64,000 nt of DNA from Candidatus Velesiimonas alkalicola (lineage in GTDB: Bacteria; Omnitrophota; Gorgyraeia; Velesiimonadales; Velesiimonadaceae). The DNA lies in the NCBI GenBank assembly GCA_013626165.1, contig NDHX01000006.1, positions 2,060 through 66,059 of the forward strand, given 5' to 3'. Position 1 is the stretch's first letter, and each line of letters starts with the position of its first letter. Positions 31,734 to 40,542 of the stretch are shown here, piece by piece. The notes beneath the pieces were generated by a model that was not told the DNA's origin, did no database searches, and was given only the letters and a program-made list of their open reading frames with translations. The position numbers and the translations under genes are program-made.

Positions 31734-32291
31734 TTATTTTAATCCCTTTATTAAACTTTCTATCGTATCAACAAAATCTATCGCATTTTTATAAACCTTT
31801 TCAGCATCTTTTTGCGCAATAACTGCATCTGCCTTATACTGTGCTGTATTTCTTTTGGATTTCGTGGCCCACATTCTATTAACATATTTCTCATCAAGCT
31901 TTTTTGCAGATTTTATCTTCTCGATGTCCTCTGATTCTATGGTCTTTTCTTTGAAAACAAAATGATATTCTAAACCCTCAATAAGGCTTTCATGGCTTTG
32001 GGCTTTTATCCCTATTGCGGCCAACGCAGCTGTTGCCGCATGAAACATTGCATAATATCCACAGCTTATAGTCCAATCATATCCAATATAATCGGCACTT
32101 ACTTTTAGTCTTTTCTTGCTCTCGTTATCTTCCGAAACCTCCATAAGTAAAGAACCTGTCTCGATATTATGCCTTGCTTTATCAACATGATATTTTACCA
32201 GCGCTGTAATTGTGGGGTCTACTTTTAAATCGCCATTATCAAAATAACCTTTTACTTTTATTTTTAGCATTTCTTTCTTCAAATCACTCAT
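31734..32291 (-). CDS. HEPN domain protein (toxin candidate)
   Basis: GYYAMFHAA, SH motif, RNTAQY. Confidence 0.85.
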   Translation of the reverse strand: MSDLKKEMLKIKVKGYFDNGDLKVDPTITALVKYHVDKARHNIETGSLLMEVSEDNESKKRLKVSADYIGYDWTISCGYYAMFHAATAALAAIGIKAQSHESLIEGLEYHFVFKEKTIESEDIEKIKSAKKLDEKYVNRMWATKSKRNTAQYKADAVIAQKDAEKVYKNAIDFVDTIESLIKGLK

Positions 32292-32911
32292 TTTATTACC
32301 TCCAATATTAGTTCCCAAAATTTCTCTGCACCAAACAATATTACTTTATTTTTTAAGATCTCCTTGGCTACATTATGCTCCTTATCTTTTAACATTGTTA
32401 ATAAATTTGTTGGCTCAGAAACCAAAGGGTTTATTTCGACACCAAAACCTTTTGACAAGGCGACACATTCCATATCAATAATTTCATCATATTTCTTTTT
32501 TGAAGGGATAAGGATAAAAAGATCGATATCGCTTTTTTTAAAGTCGGTCCCTTTAGCCAAAGATCCAAATAGAACAACAGAAAGTAAGTTAAAATCTGTT
32601 TTCTTAGGCAATACCGAAAGAAGCTTTTCAACTACGAAGAAAATTTTATCCCTCTTCTTTAAAAAATCTTCGGCTATCTGATTCGATATTTTAACAAAAC
32701 TCGTTTTGACTTCTGGATTCTTGTAGTTAGGCCTGCAATACTTGCGGTTCGAACGCTGGTCGACAATTATAATATCCTTCTCTTTTAATTCTTCGACCTG
32801 CCTGTATACATAACTATAAGAAATATTTGTTTTCGTTGCTAACTCATTTATTGTAAACTGGGCATATACATCATCATAGAATAGCCTTATTATTTTATCT
32901 TTCATGTTCAA
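32288..32911 (-). CDS. wHTH + minimal nucleotidyltransferase (MNT antitoxin)
   Basis: N-terminal HTH, LFGSLAKG...SDIDL. Confidence 0.88.
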   Translation of the reverse strand: MNMKDKIIRLFYDDVYAQFTINELATKTNISYSYVYRQVEELKEKDIIIVDQRSNRKYCRPNYKNPEVKTSFVKISNQIAEDFLKKRDKIFFVVEKLLSVLPKKTDFNLLSVVLFGSLAKGTDFKKSDIDLFILIPSKKKYDEIIDMECVALSKGFGVEINPLVSEPTNLLTMLKDKEHNVAKEILKNKVILFGAEKFWELILEVIK

Positions 32912-32916
32912 CCTCC

Positions 32917-32964
32917 ATTATCACTTGTGGTGATAATATTATCACCAACGCTGATATATGTCAA
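32917..32964 (-). promoter_or_regulatory. Sigma70-like promoter overlapping palindromic operators
   Basis: TTGACA-17bp-TAATAT; palindromes attatcac-ttgtg-gtgataat and gtgataat-attatcac. Confidence 0.55.
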
Positions 32965-33183
32965 GCTAAATTTTGAAGAGTGAAATTTTGAAGAGGGCTG
33001 GGAAATATGCGCACGCCCGTTTTGGGTGGGGAATTTCCTTTCCGGCTGCTTTTTAGCAGCGGCTAGGGAGCTGATGCAGTCCCGCCGCAGGCGGGGCAAA
33101 AACATCAAAATCGCCCACAAAAAGCTCTTTTCTTTTGAATTTTTTGCCCCCTTTAATTTTTTATTTTTTGAGGAAAAACAAAA

Positions 33184-33297
33184 ATGCCAAACCAAGAACC
33201 TAAAAAGAGTTACAAATTTTTTGCCTCCAAAGTCTTTATCCGGACTTTCGGCTGGCCTTATGCTTCGGCTTTACAATATACTTTATTTGTTCTTTAA
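33184..33297 (+). pseudogene. Alternative miaB 5' fragment (copy B, inverted)
   Basis: MPNQEPKKSYKFFASKVFIRTFG|WPYASALQYTLFVL*; preceded by a homolog of the recombinase 3' end. Confidence 0.8.
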
Positions 33298-33503
33298 GAT
33301 TCAATGAACTTTAGGCACCGCCTGCTTAGGCAGGCTCCCGGTGTGGTGTTTGCACCGTTCAGCTTCGCTGTCGCTCAGCTTCACTCCACGCTCGCTTGGA
33401 CGCTCGCTAAAGTGGTAATGCAATAGTCCGATTCGGCTTTGTGTTGGACGCATTTTGGGTGGCGGCAAAATGCGCCCAACACCCTGCGTCCTCAACCTCG
33501 CAA
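33253..33503 (+). repeat. 251-bp inverted repeat, copy 1 (element end following the RTFG junction)
   Basis: Reverse complement of 37584-37834 with no mismatch seen by eye. Confidence 0.95.
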
Positions 33504-33594
33504 AAACTAAATCCGTTTTCCTTTTTTATTGCGGCCGCCGCCTGAACCGCCGTTTAGAAGAATTTTTAAAGTTTAACATATATGGGACCCTCCC

Positions 33595-34059
33595 TCAAAA
33601 TTTAAATTGAGCCGGAGGAGAATCTTTTTTGATAATCTCTTTAATTAAATCAACAAACTTTTCAGCCATATTCAAGGCATTGCTGGCTTCTGTCTTTGAA
33701 ATAGATATATCAACATCGTATGTAAATATGTTGCGCTTCTTCCTCATCTCGTCAAAACGAGCTACGATGATTTCAAATTCTTTTCCTAAGAAATGCGACA
33801 TAAATTCCACAACGGTTTTGTGCTGATAGCCGTCTGTAGGACGAAAACCTTTTAGGAGCATAAATGCTCTTCCCGCATGCAACATTGCTAAATATGCGAC
33901 TGTATAAGCAATACCTTCATCGATATCCAAATTAGCTTTTGATGTTTTTAAATCTTTAAATGAACGCGAAATAAGCTTTTCGACTGCACGGTAATTGCAT
34001 TTCTGTCTCTTTAATAGCCCTTTATTTAGGTATTCTTCAATAAATTTTTCAAAAGTCAT
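33595..34059 (-). CDS. HEPN domain protein
   Basis: AYLAMLHAGRA, QH, RKKRNIFTY. Confidence 0.85.
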   Translation of the reverse strand: MTFEKFIEEYLNKGLLKRQKCNYRAVEKLISRSFKDLKTSKANLDIDEGIAYTVAYLAMLHAGRAFMLLKGFRPTDGYQHKTVVEFMSHFLGKEFEIIVARFDEMRKKRNIFTYDVDISISKTEASNALNMAEKFVDLIKEIIKKDSPPAQFKF

Positions 34060-34621
34060 TTTTATCTCCTACTAAAAATATTTTCGAATCCTCTAAAAGG
34101 TCTGATATGAAGGGATCCTTTTCTCTCTTCTTCTTTATAAAATCTCTCTTCGAATATAAGCTATAATTTATTTCTCTTTTTAGAACTTTTTCTAATTTTC
34201 CTATTCCTGTTACTAATTTATCTTCGTCTACTTTGCCTATTATAAACAAATCAATGTCGCTTTTAGCGTTCTCTTCATTTTTGGCGAACGAACCATAAAT
34301 AAAAGCTGCTTCAACACCTTTTATCTTTTCAAGGATATCTTTTAACAACCCTTTTATGCCGATTGTTTTAAACACCATGCTTTTCATCTCTTCAAATAGC
34401 GGATAAGACTTGTTGAGAAAGAAATAAACGAGATTCCCTTTTCTGGATGAGGCAAAAATGCCAGCTTCTTCCAGATGAAGCAATTCCTTGCGAATCATAC
34501 TTACAGGGATATCGAGAATACGCTCAAGCTCTCTCAGGTAATATTCGCTCTGTGGATTTGTGTAAAATAGCCTAAACAGCGCCTTTCGTGTTTTAGATTT
34601 GAAAACGTTTGTTATATCCAT
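34049..34621 (-). CDS. wHTH + minimal nucleotidyltransferase (MNT antitoxin)
   Basis: YLRELER HTH, IYGSFAK...SDIDLFIIG. Confidence 0.88.
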   Translation of the reverse strand: MDITNVFKSKTRKALFRLFYTNPQSEYYLRELERILDIPVSMIRKELLHLEEAGIFASSRKGNLVYFFLNKSYPLFEEMKSMVFKTIGIKGLLKDILEKIKGVEAAFIYGSFAKNEENAKSDIDLFIIGKVDEDKLVTGIGKLEKVLKREINYSLYSKRDFIKKKREKDPFISDLLEDSKIFLVGDKNDF

Positions 34622-34637
34622 CTCTTGTAATCCTTTC

Positions 34638-34674
34638 GTATTACAATTGTAATACTTTTATATAACAATGTCAA
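34638..34674 (-). promoter_or_regulatory. Sigma70 promoter with an 18-bp perfect palindromic operator over the -10
   Basis: TTGACA-17bp-TACAAT; GTATTACAATTGTAATAC at 34638-34655. Confidence 0.7.
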
Positions 34675-34737
34675 ACTAAAATTTCACCGTTTTCCTCATT
34701 TATGCTGGTCAAGCAGCATGTATTATAGAAATGCGAT

Positions 34738-36030
34738 TTATATATTTAAAACCTCTCCATCGGTTAGAATCCTGACATTTTTGAAAAGATTAGGATAACT
34801 GTTCGGGTCAAAAGTATGAATCGGAATTAGTATTCTTGGCTTCATTGCTGATGTAAAGGCTTTTAGATCCTCTGGCTTGGCATGCCCGCTTGTATGAATA
34901 TATTCCAGAGTCAGTCTCTTGCTTTTACAAAACGCCCTAAATCCTATGGAAAGATATCCATCCCACATAGAATAAGCTATTGTGGCACCTGCTACATCAA
35001 TGATCTTTTTTAGTATCAAAGGGAAAACAGAATTATCGCGTGCGAGCATAAGAATCCTATTTTTATTTTTGCTAATTTCAGGCATTTCAATCTTTCTTTT
35101 GTTGTAAGCATAGAGCAGGTTTTTATGGCCTGCCTGAGCAAGCGCCTTCGCGTGTGCATCGAGAAATTTAACTCTCACATTTTTCCAATTAAACTGAGGA
35201 ATTTTCCCAGAGACTTGCTTGAGTTTATCCAGAATAAAGGCGGTATAAATATCAATAACAAAGGTTGAATCTGTTTTGAGGCACGCCCTATACGCCGACA
35301 CTATCCGGTCAATATTTTGCGATGAGGCAAATAGAAAGGTTATATTTCTTCTCTCTGATATAATTTCTTCTAGCCGCCTTTCAACGTCTTCCTCAGTTTT
35401 ATACTGGGCATCCTCTCTGCCAAGAGCCGAACCCTCCATAAGCAGACAGTCTATATTTTGAGGTGGTCTCTTGACTATTTGATTAAATAATATTGCTTTT
35501 CTCCCATGGGCCCTGAAATCTCCTGAATAAAATAGCCTCTTGCCTTCTGTCTCAATTAGGAATGCAAGCGCATCAAAGGCAGAATGGTCAACCAGAAAAG
35601 GCGTAACATTAAAATCGCCTATGTTCAACTGCTTTTTATTACTAATCACCTTTGTATTTAGCTTGCCAACTTTGGTGGGAACAAAAATATTTGAAACTTC
35701 AATAAGAAGCTCGGCGCCCTTACTTAAATAAATCGGTATCTCTGGATTTACGTACTGAAGGAAGCCGTAATGATCAAGGTGGGAATGAGAAATCAAGATT
35801 CCATCAATGCCTTTTTTCTCATCCTTAAAAAGCCCTTTTATATCGGGAAGGATCTTCTGCTCTTTAAGCTCTTGAAGGGACTTACCTTTAAGCTGTTTTA
35901 CTTCGAACGGCTGATGGTCACGAGAAACCAAAGGTATGCCAAAATCGACTAGGATTCTATTATTGACTGTCTTTAACTCAACACAACTTCCGCCAATCTC
36001 ATGAGTACCACGATGGATGATTATTTGCAT
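34738..36030 (-). CDS. MBL-fold beta-CASP hydrolase (RNase J-like)
   Basis: EIGGSC, SHSHLDH, VDHS, YSGDFR, HTSGHA, IPIHT. Confidence 0.88.
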   Translation of the reverse strand: MQIIIHRGTHEIGGSCVELKTVNNRILVDFGIPLVSRDHQPFEVKQLKGKSLQELKEQKILPDIKGLFKDEKKGIDGILISHSHLDHYGFLQYVNPEIPIYLSKGAELLIEVSNIFVPTKVGKLNTKVISNKKQLNIGDFNVTPFLVDHSAFDALAFLIETEGKRLFYSGDFRAHGRKAILFNQIVKRPPQNIDCLLMEGSALGREDAQYKTEEDVERRLEEIISERRNITFLFASSQNIDRIVSAYRACLKTDSTFVIDIYTAFILDKLKQVSGKIPQFNWKNVRVKFLDAHAKALAQAGHKNLLYAYNKRKIEMPEISKNKNRILMLARDNSVFPLILKKIIDVAGATIAYSMWDGYLSIGFRAFCKSKRLTLEYIHTSGHAKPEDLKAFTSAMKPRILIPIHTFDPNSYPNLFKNVRILTDGEVLNI

Positions 36031-36896
36031 TGCTTAATCAAATTCTCCAATTTTATCGACGACACACTACCTATTGGATAATAAGTAATGGCTCTCTCGA
36101 TTTTTTCTTTAAATAAATCCTTAAACCTTCCTTTCAACTGATCGCGGTCAAATCCAAATATTATCAAAGGAACTGTAGGGCATATCTTCTCCGGTTCAGG
36201 TAAGGATATCTGGAATAAATCATTAACTATCTTCGTATAATTGTTATATGCCGCGATGATTTGGCCCTCTTTATCTTTGATTTGGTCAGTATATCTTCTT
36301 ATCTGTTCCACTACTTTTATGTTCTCAACCTTTTCTGCCCATATCTCGCTGTTTGAAAAGTGTTTTACCTCACAGAAGATTAATCTATTCTTTTCTTTTT
36401 CAAATAAGAGTATATCGATTCTATCCTGCAACCTATCTTCTTCTATCGCCTCAAATGAAACTTCGATATCCAAAACCACAACGCTCGAATTTTTCGTTTT
36501 TGAACTCGCGAACGAATGATTTTCATATATTTTAGAAACTCCTTGAGCTTCAACTCCTGAATATAAAGAACAATTTTCTTTTATCCTTTCATAGCCGTCG
36601 GTAAAACTTTGTATTTGTTTCAGATTCCCAAGCATTAGCTCGGTAATATACGCTTCGGGATATTCTTTATATGCCGAAGCATACTTAACGTGCGTTTTAA
36701 ATCCTTCTTTGTCATATGAGAATAATCTGCCACCATAATGATAAAAATCTATTACTTCATTTCGTATTGCCGGAAAAACTTCGCCATTATCCTTAATATC
36801 CGGCAACAATTGTTTATATAAAGGCTCCTCTATCAACTTTTTCTTCAATTCTTCATTCATTGTCCGCTTAAACTTCCACTTCTCTTCCTTGCTCAT
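36021..36896 (-). CDS. Hypothetical protein with PD-(D/E)XK nuclease-like motifs
   Basis: LDIE...RIDIL...FCEVK, then QIRRY; overlaps both neighbours. Confidence 0.6.
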   Translation of the reverse strand: MSKEEKWKFKRTMNEELKKKLIEEPLYKQLLPDIKDNGEVFPAIRNEVIDFYHYGGRLFSYDKEGFKTHVKYASAYKEYPEAYITELMLGNLKQIQSFTDGYERIKENCSLYSGVEAQGVSKIYENHSFASSKTKNSSVVVLDIEVSFEAIEEDRLQDRIDILLFEKEKNRLIFCEVKHFSNSEIWAEKVENIKVVEQIRRYTDQIKDKEGQIIAAYNNYTKIVNDLFQISLPEPEKICPTVPLIIFGFDRDQLKGRFKDLFKEKIERAITYYPIGSVSSIKLENLIKQCK

Positions 36897-37374
36897 GTTA
36901 ACCTCTCTGGTTTAATTAGCCTCTTCATAATGTCATCCACGCATCGCAGGGCATCTTTATCATTTGGACAAAGCTCAAGTCCTTTATCAAAAGAAAGTAA
37001 TGCGTCCCAATATCTGCCTTTCTTTTTTAACGCCATGCCCCTGTTAAACCATATGCAGACATTGCGTTGCGCTATTTTAAGCGCTTCCTCAAAACACTCC
37101 ATTGATTCTTGTTCTCTACTCATCCTTAATAAACACGCCCCTTTATTTTCTAGGGCATCAATATTTTTTGGATTAATCTCCAGGGCTTTATTATAGCACT
37201 TTAACTCTTCAGTATTCTTATCAAGAAGAAAAAAGCATATCCCTTACGAAACCACGCCACGTCATCTGATGGATTTAGTTCTATGGCGCGATCATAACAA
37301 GCAACGGCATCCTCGTACATTTCTGCCTTACAGTAAATCTCTGCTGATTCATGCCAGTTAACAGCTTCTTTCAT
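36893..37374 (-). pseudogene. TPR-repeat protein in frameshifted pieces
   Basis: YEDAVACYDRAIELNP, CYNKALEINPKN in another frame, WFNRGMAL...FDKGLELCP. Confidence 0.7.
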
Positions 37375-37583
37375 TATTTCTCCAAAAATAAAAAATCCTC
37401 CGCCGGTCATAACTTTACCAACGAAGGTTTTACTTTTTTAACGTCCGGGATTTCCCCCCTTCAAACACGGAACAAATATCTAATTTTAACTTTATTATAT
37501 CAAGTTTATTTACTTTGTCAACGATTTTCAGGACCATTTGACTTACCCAGCAGACACACGAGAATACAGTGTAAAATACTACA

Positions 37584-37834
37584 TTGCGAGGTTGAGGACG
37601 CAGGGTGTTGGGCGCATTTTGCCGCCACCCAAAATGCGTCCAACACAAAGCCGAATCGGACTATTGCATTACCACTTTAGCGAGCGTCCAAGCGAGCGTG
37701 GAGTGAAGCTGAGCGACAGCGAAGCTGAACGGTGCAAACACCACACCGGGAGCCTGCCTAAGCAGGCGGTGCCTAAAGTTCATTGAATCTTAAAGAACAA
37801 ATAAAGTATATTGTAAAGCCGAAGCATAAGGCCA
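37584..37834 (-). repeat. 251-bp inverted repeat, copy 2
   Basis: Reverse complement of 33253-33503. Confidence 0.95.
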
Positions 37835-37897
37835 TCCGAAAGTTCGAATGTAGACTTTTTTTGGCATATTTTTATAAGTTTTTGATTCTTTTGACAT
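37790..37897 (-). pseudogene. Alternative miaB 5' fragment (copy C)
   Basis: MSKESKTYKNMPKKVYIRTFG|WPYASALQYTLFVL*. Confidence 0.85.
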
Positions 37898-38056
37898 TGT
37901 AGTTTCTTTTCTGTTTCTGAAAACAAAAAATTAAAGGGGGCAAAAAGAAAAAAAGAAATTTTTTTGTGGTAACGCCCCGCCGATGGCGGGGGCGATCTTG
38001 ATGTTTTTAAAAAGCAGCCCGCACATCTCTTTCTTGGTAGCAAAATCTATTTTTTC
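37898..38056 (-). pseudogene. 3' remnant of a second, related serine recombinase gene
   Basis: EKIDFATKKEMCGLLFKNIKIA versus EKIDFADKKQLAGLLFKNIKIA in the first recombinase. Confidence 0.8.
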
Positions 38057-38177
38057 CTAAACGTGCGGGTTTAATTAATCCTTTTCTCTCCCAGATCCCA
38101 AGTGTAGCTGGGCAAACTTTTAAAGACTTGGAGACTATACCGATAGTATAAACTGGTTCTTTATATCCATATTCCAT
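38040..38177 (-). pseudogene. MerR-family HTH N-terminal fragment
   Basis: RBS AGGAGG, MEYGYKEPVYTIGIVSKSLKVCPATLGIWERKGLIKPAR. Confidence 0.7.
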
Positions 38178-38254
38178 CCTAAACCTCCTCTTTTTCTCAA
38201 TATAGAGGTTTTTATATCATATATAAATACTATTGTCAAATGGATTGCAAGTAA

Positions 38255-38494
38255 TTACTCTACAATGTCTCCAACTACTGGCTCAACCTTTACGCCTTGT
38301 CGTTCCAAATACCTTCTTCCCTTTTCCAAATTCTCCTTTGTGCCACTCAACTCTAAAGTTACTTCTCCTATTTTTTCTGTAACCTTTGCCCTGCGGATAT
38401 TCGGGACTACTTCATACTTCTTTGCCATAGTATAAATCACAGGCTTCTTAATTAGCCTTTGGGGAAATACTAAATGTACCATTTTCTTTGCCAT
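38255..38494 (-). CDS. NIL domain protein
   Basis: PVIY...VVPNIRRAKV...GEVTLELSG. Confidence 0.8.
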   Translation of the reverse strand: MAKKMVHLVFPQRLIKKPVIYTMAKKYEVVPNIRRAKVTEKIGEVTLELSGTKENLEKGRRYLERQGVKVEPVVGDIVE

Positions 38495-38497
38495 AGC

Positions 38498-39313
38498 TTA
38501 CTCCTCCTTTATTTTCTTGAGACTACAAAACTCCTCATAATCTATTAGTTTTGTAACTGTTGGGCTTTCTCCGCAAATTTGGCATTTTGGATCTTTGGGA
38601 ACCTTAACCTGCCGAAAAGAAGAATCCAAAGCATTAAATACTAAAAGCTTCCCTGCTAGAAGATTTCCTATTTCTAAGATATATTTTAGTGCCTCATTTG
38701 CTTGGATTGTGCCAATTATCCCAGCAACTGCCCCCAATATGCCTGCTTCTTGGCAACTTGGCACAAGGCCAGGTAGTGGTGGTTCTGGAAATAAACATCT
38801 ATAACAAGCGCTTTGATGCGGCAATATTGTGATTGCCTGACCGTCAAATCTAAATATGCCTCCATGAGATAATGGCTTACGAGATATGACACAGGCATCA
38901 TTTACCAAATAGCGCGTTGGAAAGTTATCCGAGCCGTCAACAATAATGTCGTAATTCCGAATAATATCCAATATGTTTTCTGAAGTAAGCCTGAGGTTAT
39001 AAGTAATAACTTCCACATCGGGATTTATACCAGTCATTCTCTCCTTTGCGGATTCAACCTTAGTCTTTCCCACGTTTGAATTCGAATGGAGAATCTGTCT
39101 TTGAAGGTTATTAAGTTCAACCTTATCTGAATCTACAATCCCGATCTTACCAATTCCTGCAGAAGCTAAGTATAATGCGCAAGGAGACCCTAATCCACCT
39201 GCACCTATTATTAAGACTTTGGCATTAAGTAATTTCTCTTGGCCTTTTCCGCCTACATTGGGTAGTATTATCTGCCGTGAATATCTTTCAATTTGGTCTT
39301 CGCGTAATTTCAT
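38498..39313 (-). CDS. ThiF/MoeB-family E1-like adenylyltransferase
   Basis: RYSRQI, GAGGLG, NLQRQ, CYRC, CQIC. Confidence 0.93.
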   Translation of the reverse strand: MKLREDQIERYSRQIILPNVGGKGQEKLLNAKVLIIGAGGLGSPCALYLASAGIGKIGIVDSDKVELNNLQRQILHSNSNVGKTKVESAKERMTGINPDVEVITYNLRLTSENILDIIRNYDIIVDGSDNFPTRYLVNDACVISRKPLSHGGIFRFDGQAITILPHQSACYRCLFPEPPLPGLVPSCQEAGILGAVAGIIGTIQANEALKYILEIGNLLAGKLLVFNALDSSFRQVKVPKDPKCQICGESPTVTKLIDYEEFCSLKKIKEE

Positions 39314-39591
39314 TATCTTCCTCCTGCTATTGCTGGAATTATCGAAACTTCATCGCCATCTTCCAGGAGAGTTTGGTCTTGTTGCAGGAATCGTACATCC
39401 TCTTCATTTACATAGATGTTTATAAATCTACGAACCTTACCTGTTTCATCACAAATTCTTCCTTTAATCCCTGGAAAATTTCTCTCTAAATCATCGATTA
39501 ACTCTTTTATGTTTGTGCCATTTGCTTGGATCTCTGACTGGTTTTTAGTTAATTTCTGAAGTGGTGCTGGAACTCTAACTTTAATTGCCAT
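39313..39591 (-). CDS. MoaD/ThiS ubiquitin-like sulfur carrier (CysO-like), ends AGG-R
   Basis: INIYVNEEDVRF, IIPAIAGGR. Confidence 0.9.
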   Translation of the reverse strand: MAIKVRVPAPLQKLTKNQSEIQANGTNIKELIDDLERNFPGIKGRICDETGKVRRFINIYVNEEDVRFLQQDQTLLEDGDEVSIIPAIAGGR

Positions 39592-39604
39592 CTTTGCAAC
39601 CTCC

Positions 39605-40297
39605 TTATTCCTTTACGTTTTCTTTAAAAGAAGCGATATTAGGTTTAATTTTAATTGGCTTTCCTATCTTCTCTACAACAGCTTCCTGAGTCTTCAAACC
39701 ATTGCCTGTTACGCATACAACAATAGATTCATCTTTAGGTATCTTGCCTTGCTCAATGAGCTTCTTTGTTGCACCTAAAGTCACACCCCCTGCTGTCTCA
39801 GCAAATATTCCCTCTGTTTCTGCTAGAAGTTTTATTGCCTCAACAATTTCATCATCAGTCACGTCTTCAGCATAACCGCCAGACTCCTTTACAGTTCCAA
39901 CTGCATATACACCATCTGCTGGATTCCCAATAGCTAAAGATTTAGCGATTGTGTTCGGCTTAACTGGTCTTATGATATCGGAATCTTCTTTAACGGCAGT
40001 AACTATAGGACAACAGCCTGTGGCTTGAGCCGCATGAATTTCTGTATCAACTTTGTCAATCAATCCTATGGTCTTAAATTCTTTTAACCCTTTCCAGATT
40101 TTGGTGATTAAAGAACCGCCGGCACAGGGAACTATAAAGTGTTGACTAACGATACATTAAGTATACAACTTAATGTATCGTTAGTCAACACATAATCAAC
40201 CTCTAAGGGGCCAAAGCAGTACTCGCATACATAGAGAGGCTTTTTTGGATATGTTCTTTGGCATTCTCTGCACTTTAATCCTTTAACATAACTTATA
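39605..40297 (-). pseudogene. thrC: Threonine synthase family gene with its centre deleted and replaced by a palindrome
   Basis: 5' part SYVKGLKCRECQRTYPKKPLYVCEYCFGPLEVDY; 3' part IVPCAGGSLITKIWKG...TGNGLK; PLP-lysine region missing. Confidence 0.85.
40139..40194. repeat. Long palindrome (24-bp arms, 5-bp spacer), copy 1
   Basis: GTGTTGACTAACGATACATTAAGT-ATACA-ACTTAATGTATCGTTAGTCAACAC. Confidence 0.92.
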
Positions 40298-40305
40298 TTT
40301 TCACC

Positions 40306-40542
40306 TCAGGCTTTCTTAATTAACAGTCTCCACTTATTATCTAATTTTTCTACTTTCATGATTTCATGCCCTTCTTCTTTCACAGCCCGAGGAACATTTT
40401 TAATAGGCTCGCCATCATCTAAAATCACCTCTAAAACTTGCCCCTGCTCCATCTCTTCAAGTTTAAGCTTTGTTCTAACAAAGCTGTTAGGACACGCTAC
40501 TTTTTCCAAATTTAAAGTCTCGCGCGGCTTTATAGCATTCAT
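40306..40542 (-). CDS. TusA/SirA-family sulfurtransferase
   Basis: LNLEKVACPNSFVRTK, LEVILDDGEPIKNVP. Confidence 0.88.
   Translation of the reverse strand: MNAIKPRETLNLEKVACPNSFVRTKLKLEEMEQGQVLEVILDDGEPIKNVPRAVKEEGHEIMKVEKLDNKWRLLIKKA

Larger units (their letters stand above)
30031..37834 (-). mobile_element. Serine-recombinase integrative element inserted in miaB (about 7.8 kb unit between directly repeated junctions)
   Basis: Direct repeat 30054-30219 / 37856-38021 includes the miaB start; divergence falls exactly after TTCGGATG; recombinase gene adjacent. Confidence 0.8.

Noticed and set aside
33301-33495. 64-aa ORF in the inverted repeat (twin at 37538..37786)
   Set aside because: No RBS or recognisable domain; its recurrence simply follows from the DNA repeat
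33253-37834. Possible CRISPR array or composite transposon
   Set aside because: Only two copies, no repeat-spacer periodicity, no cas genes, no transposase within the repeats
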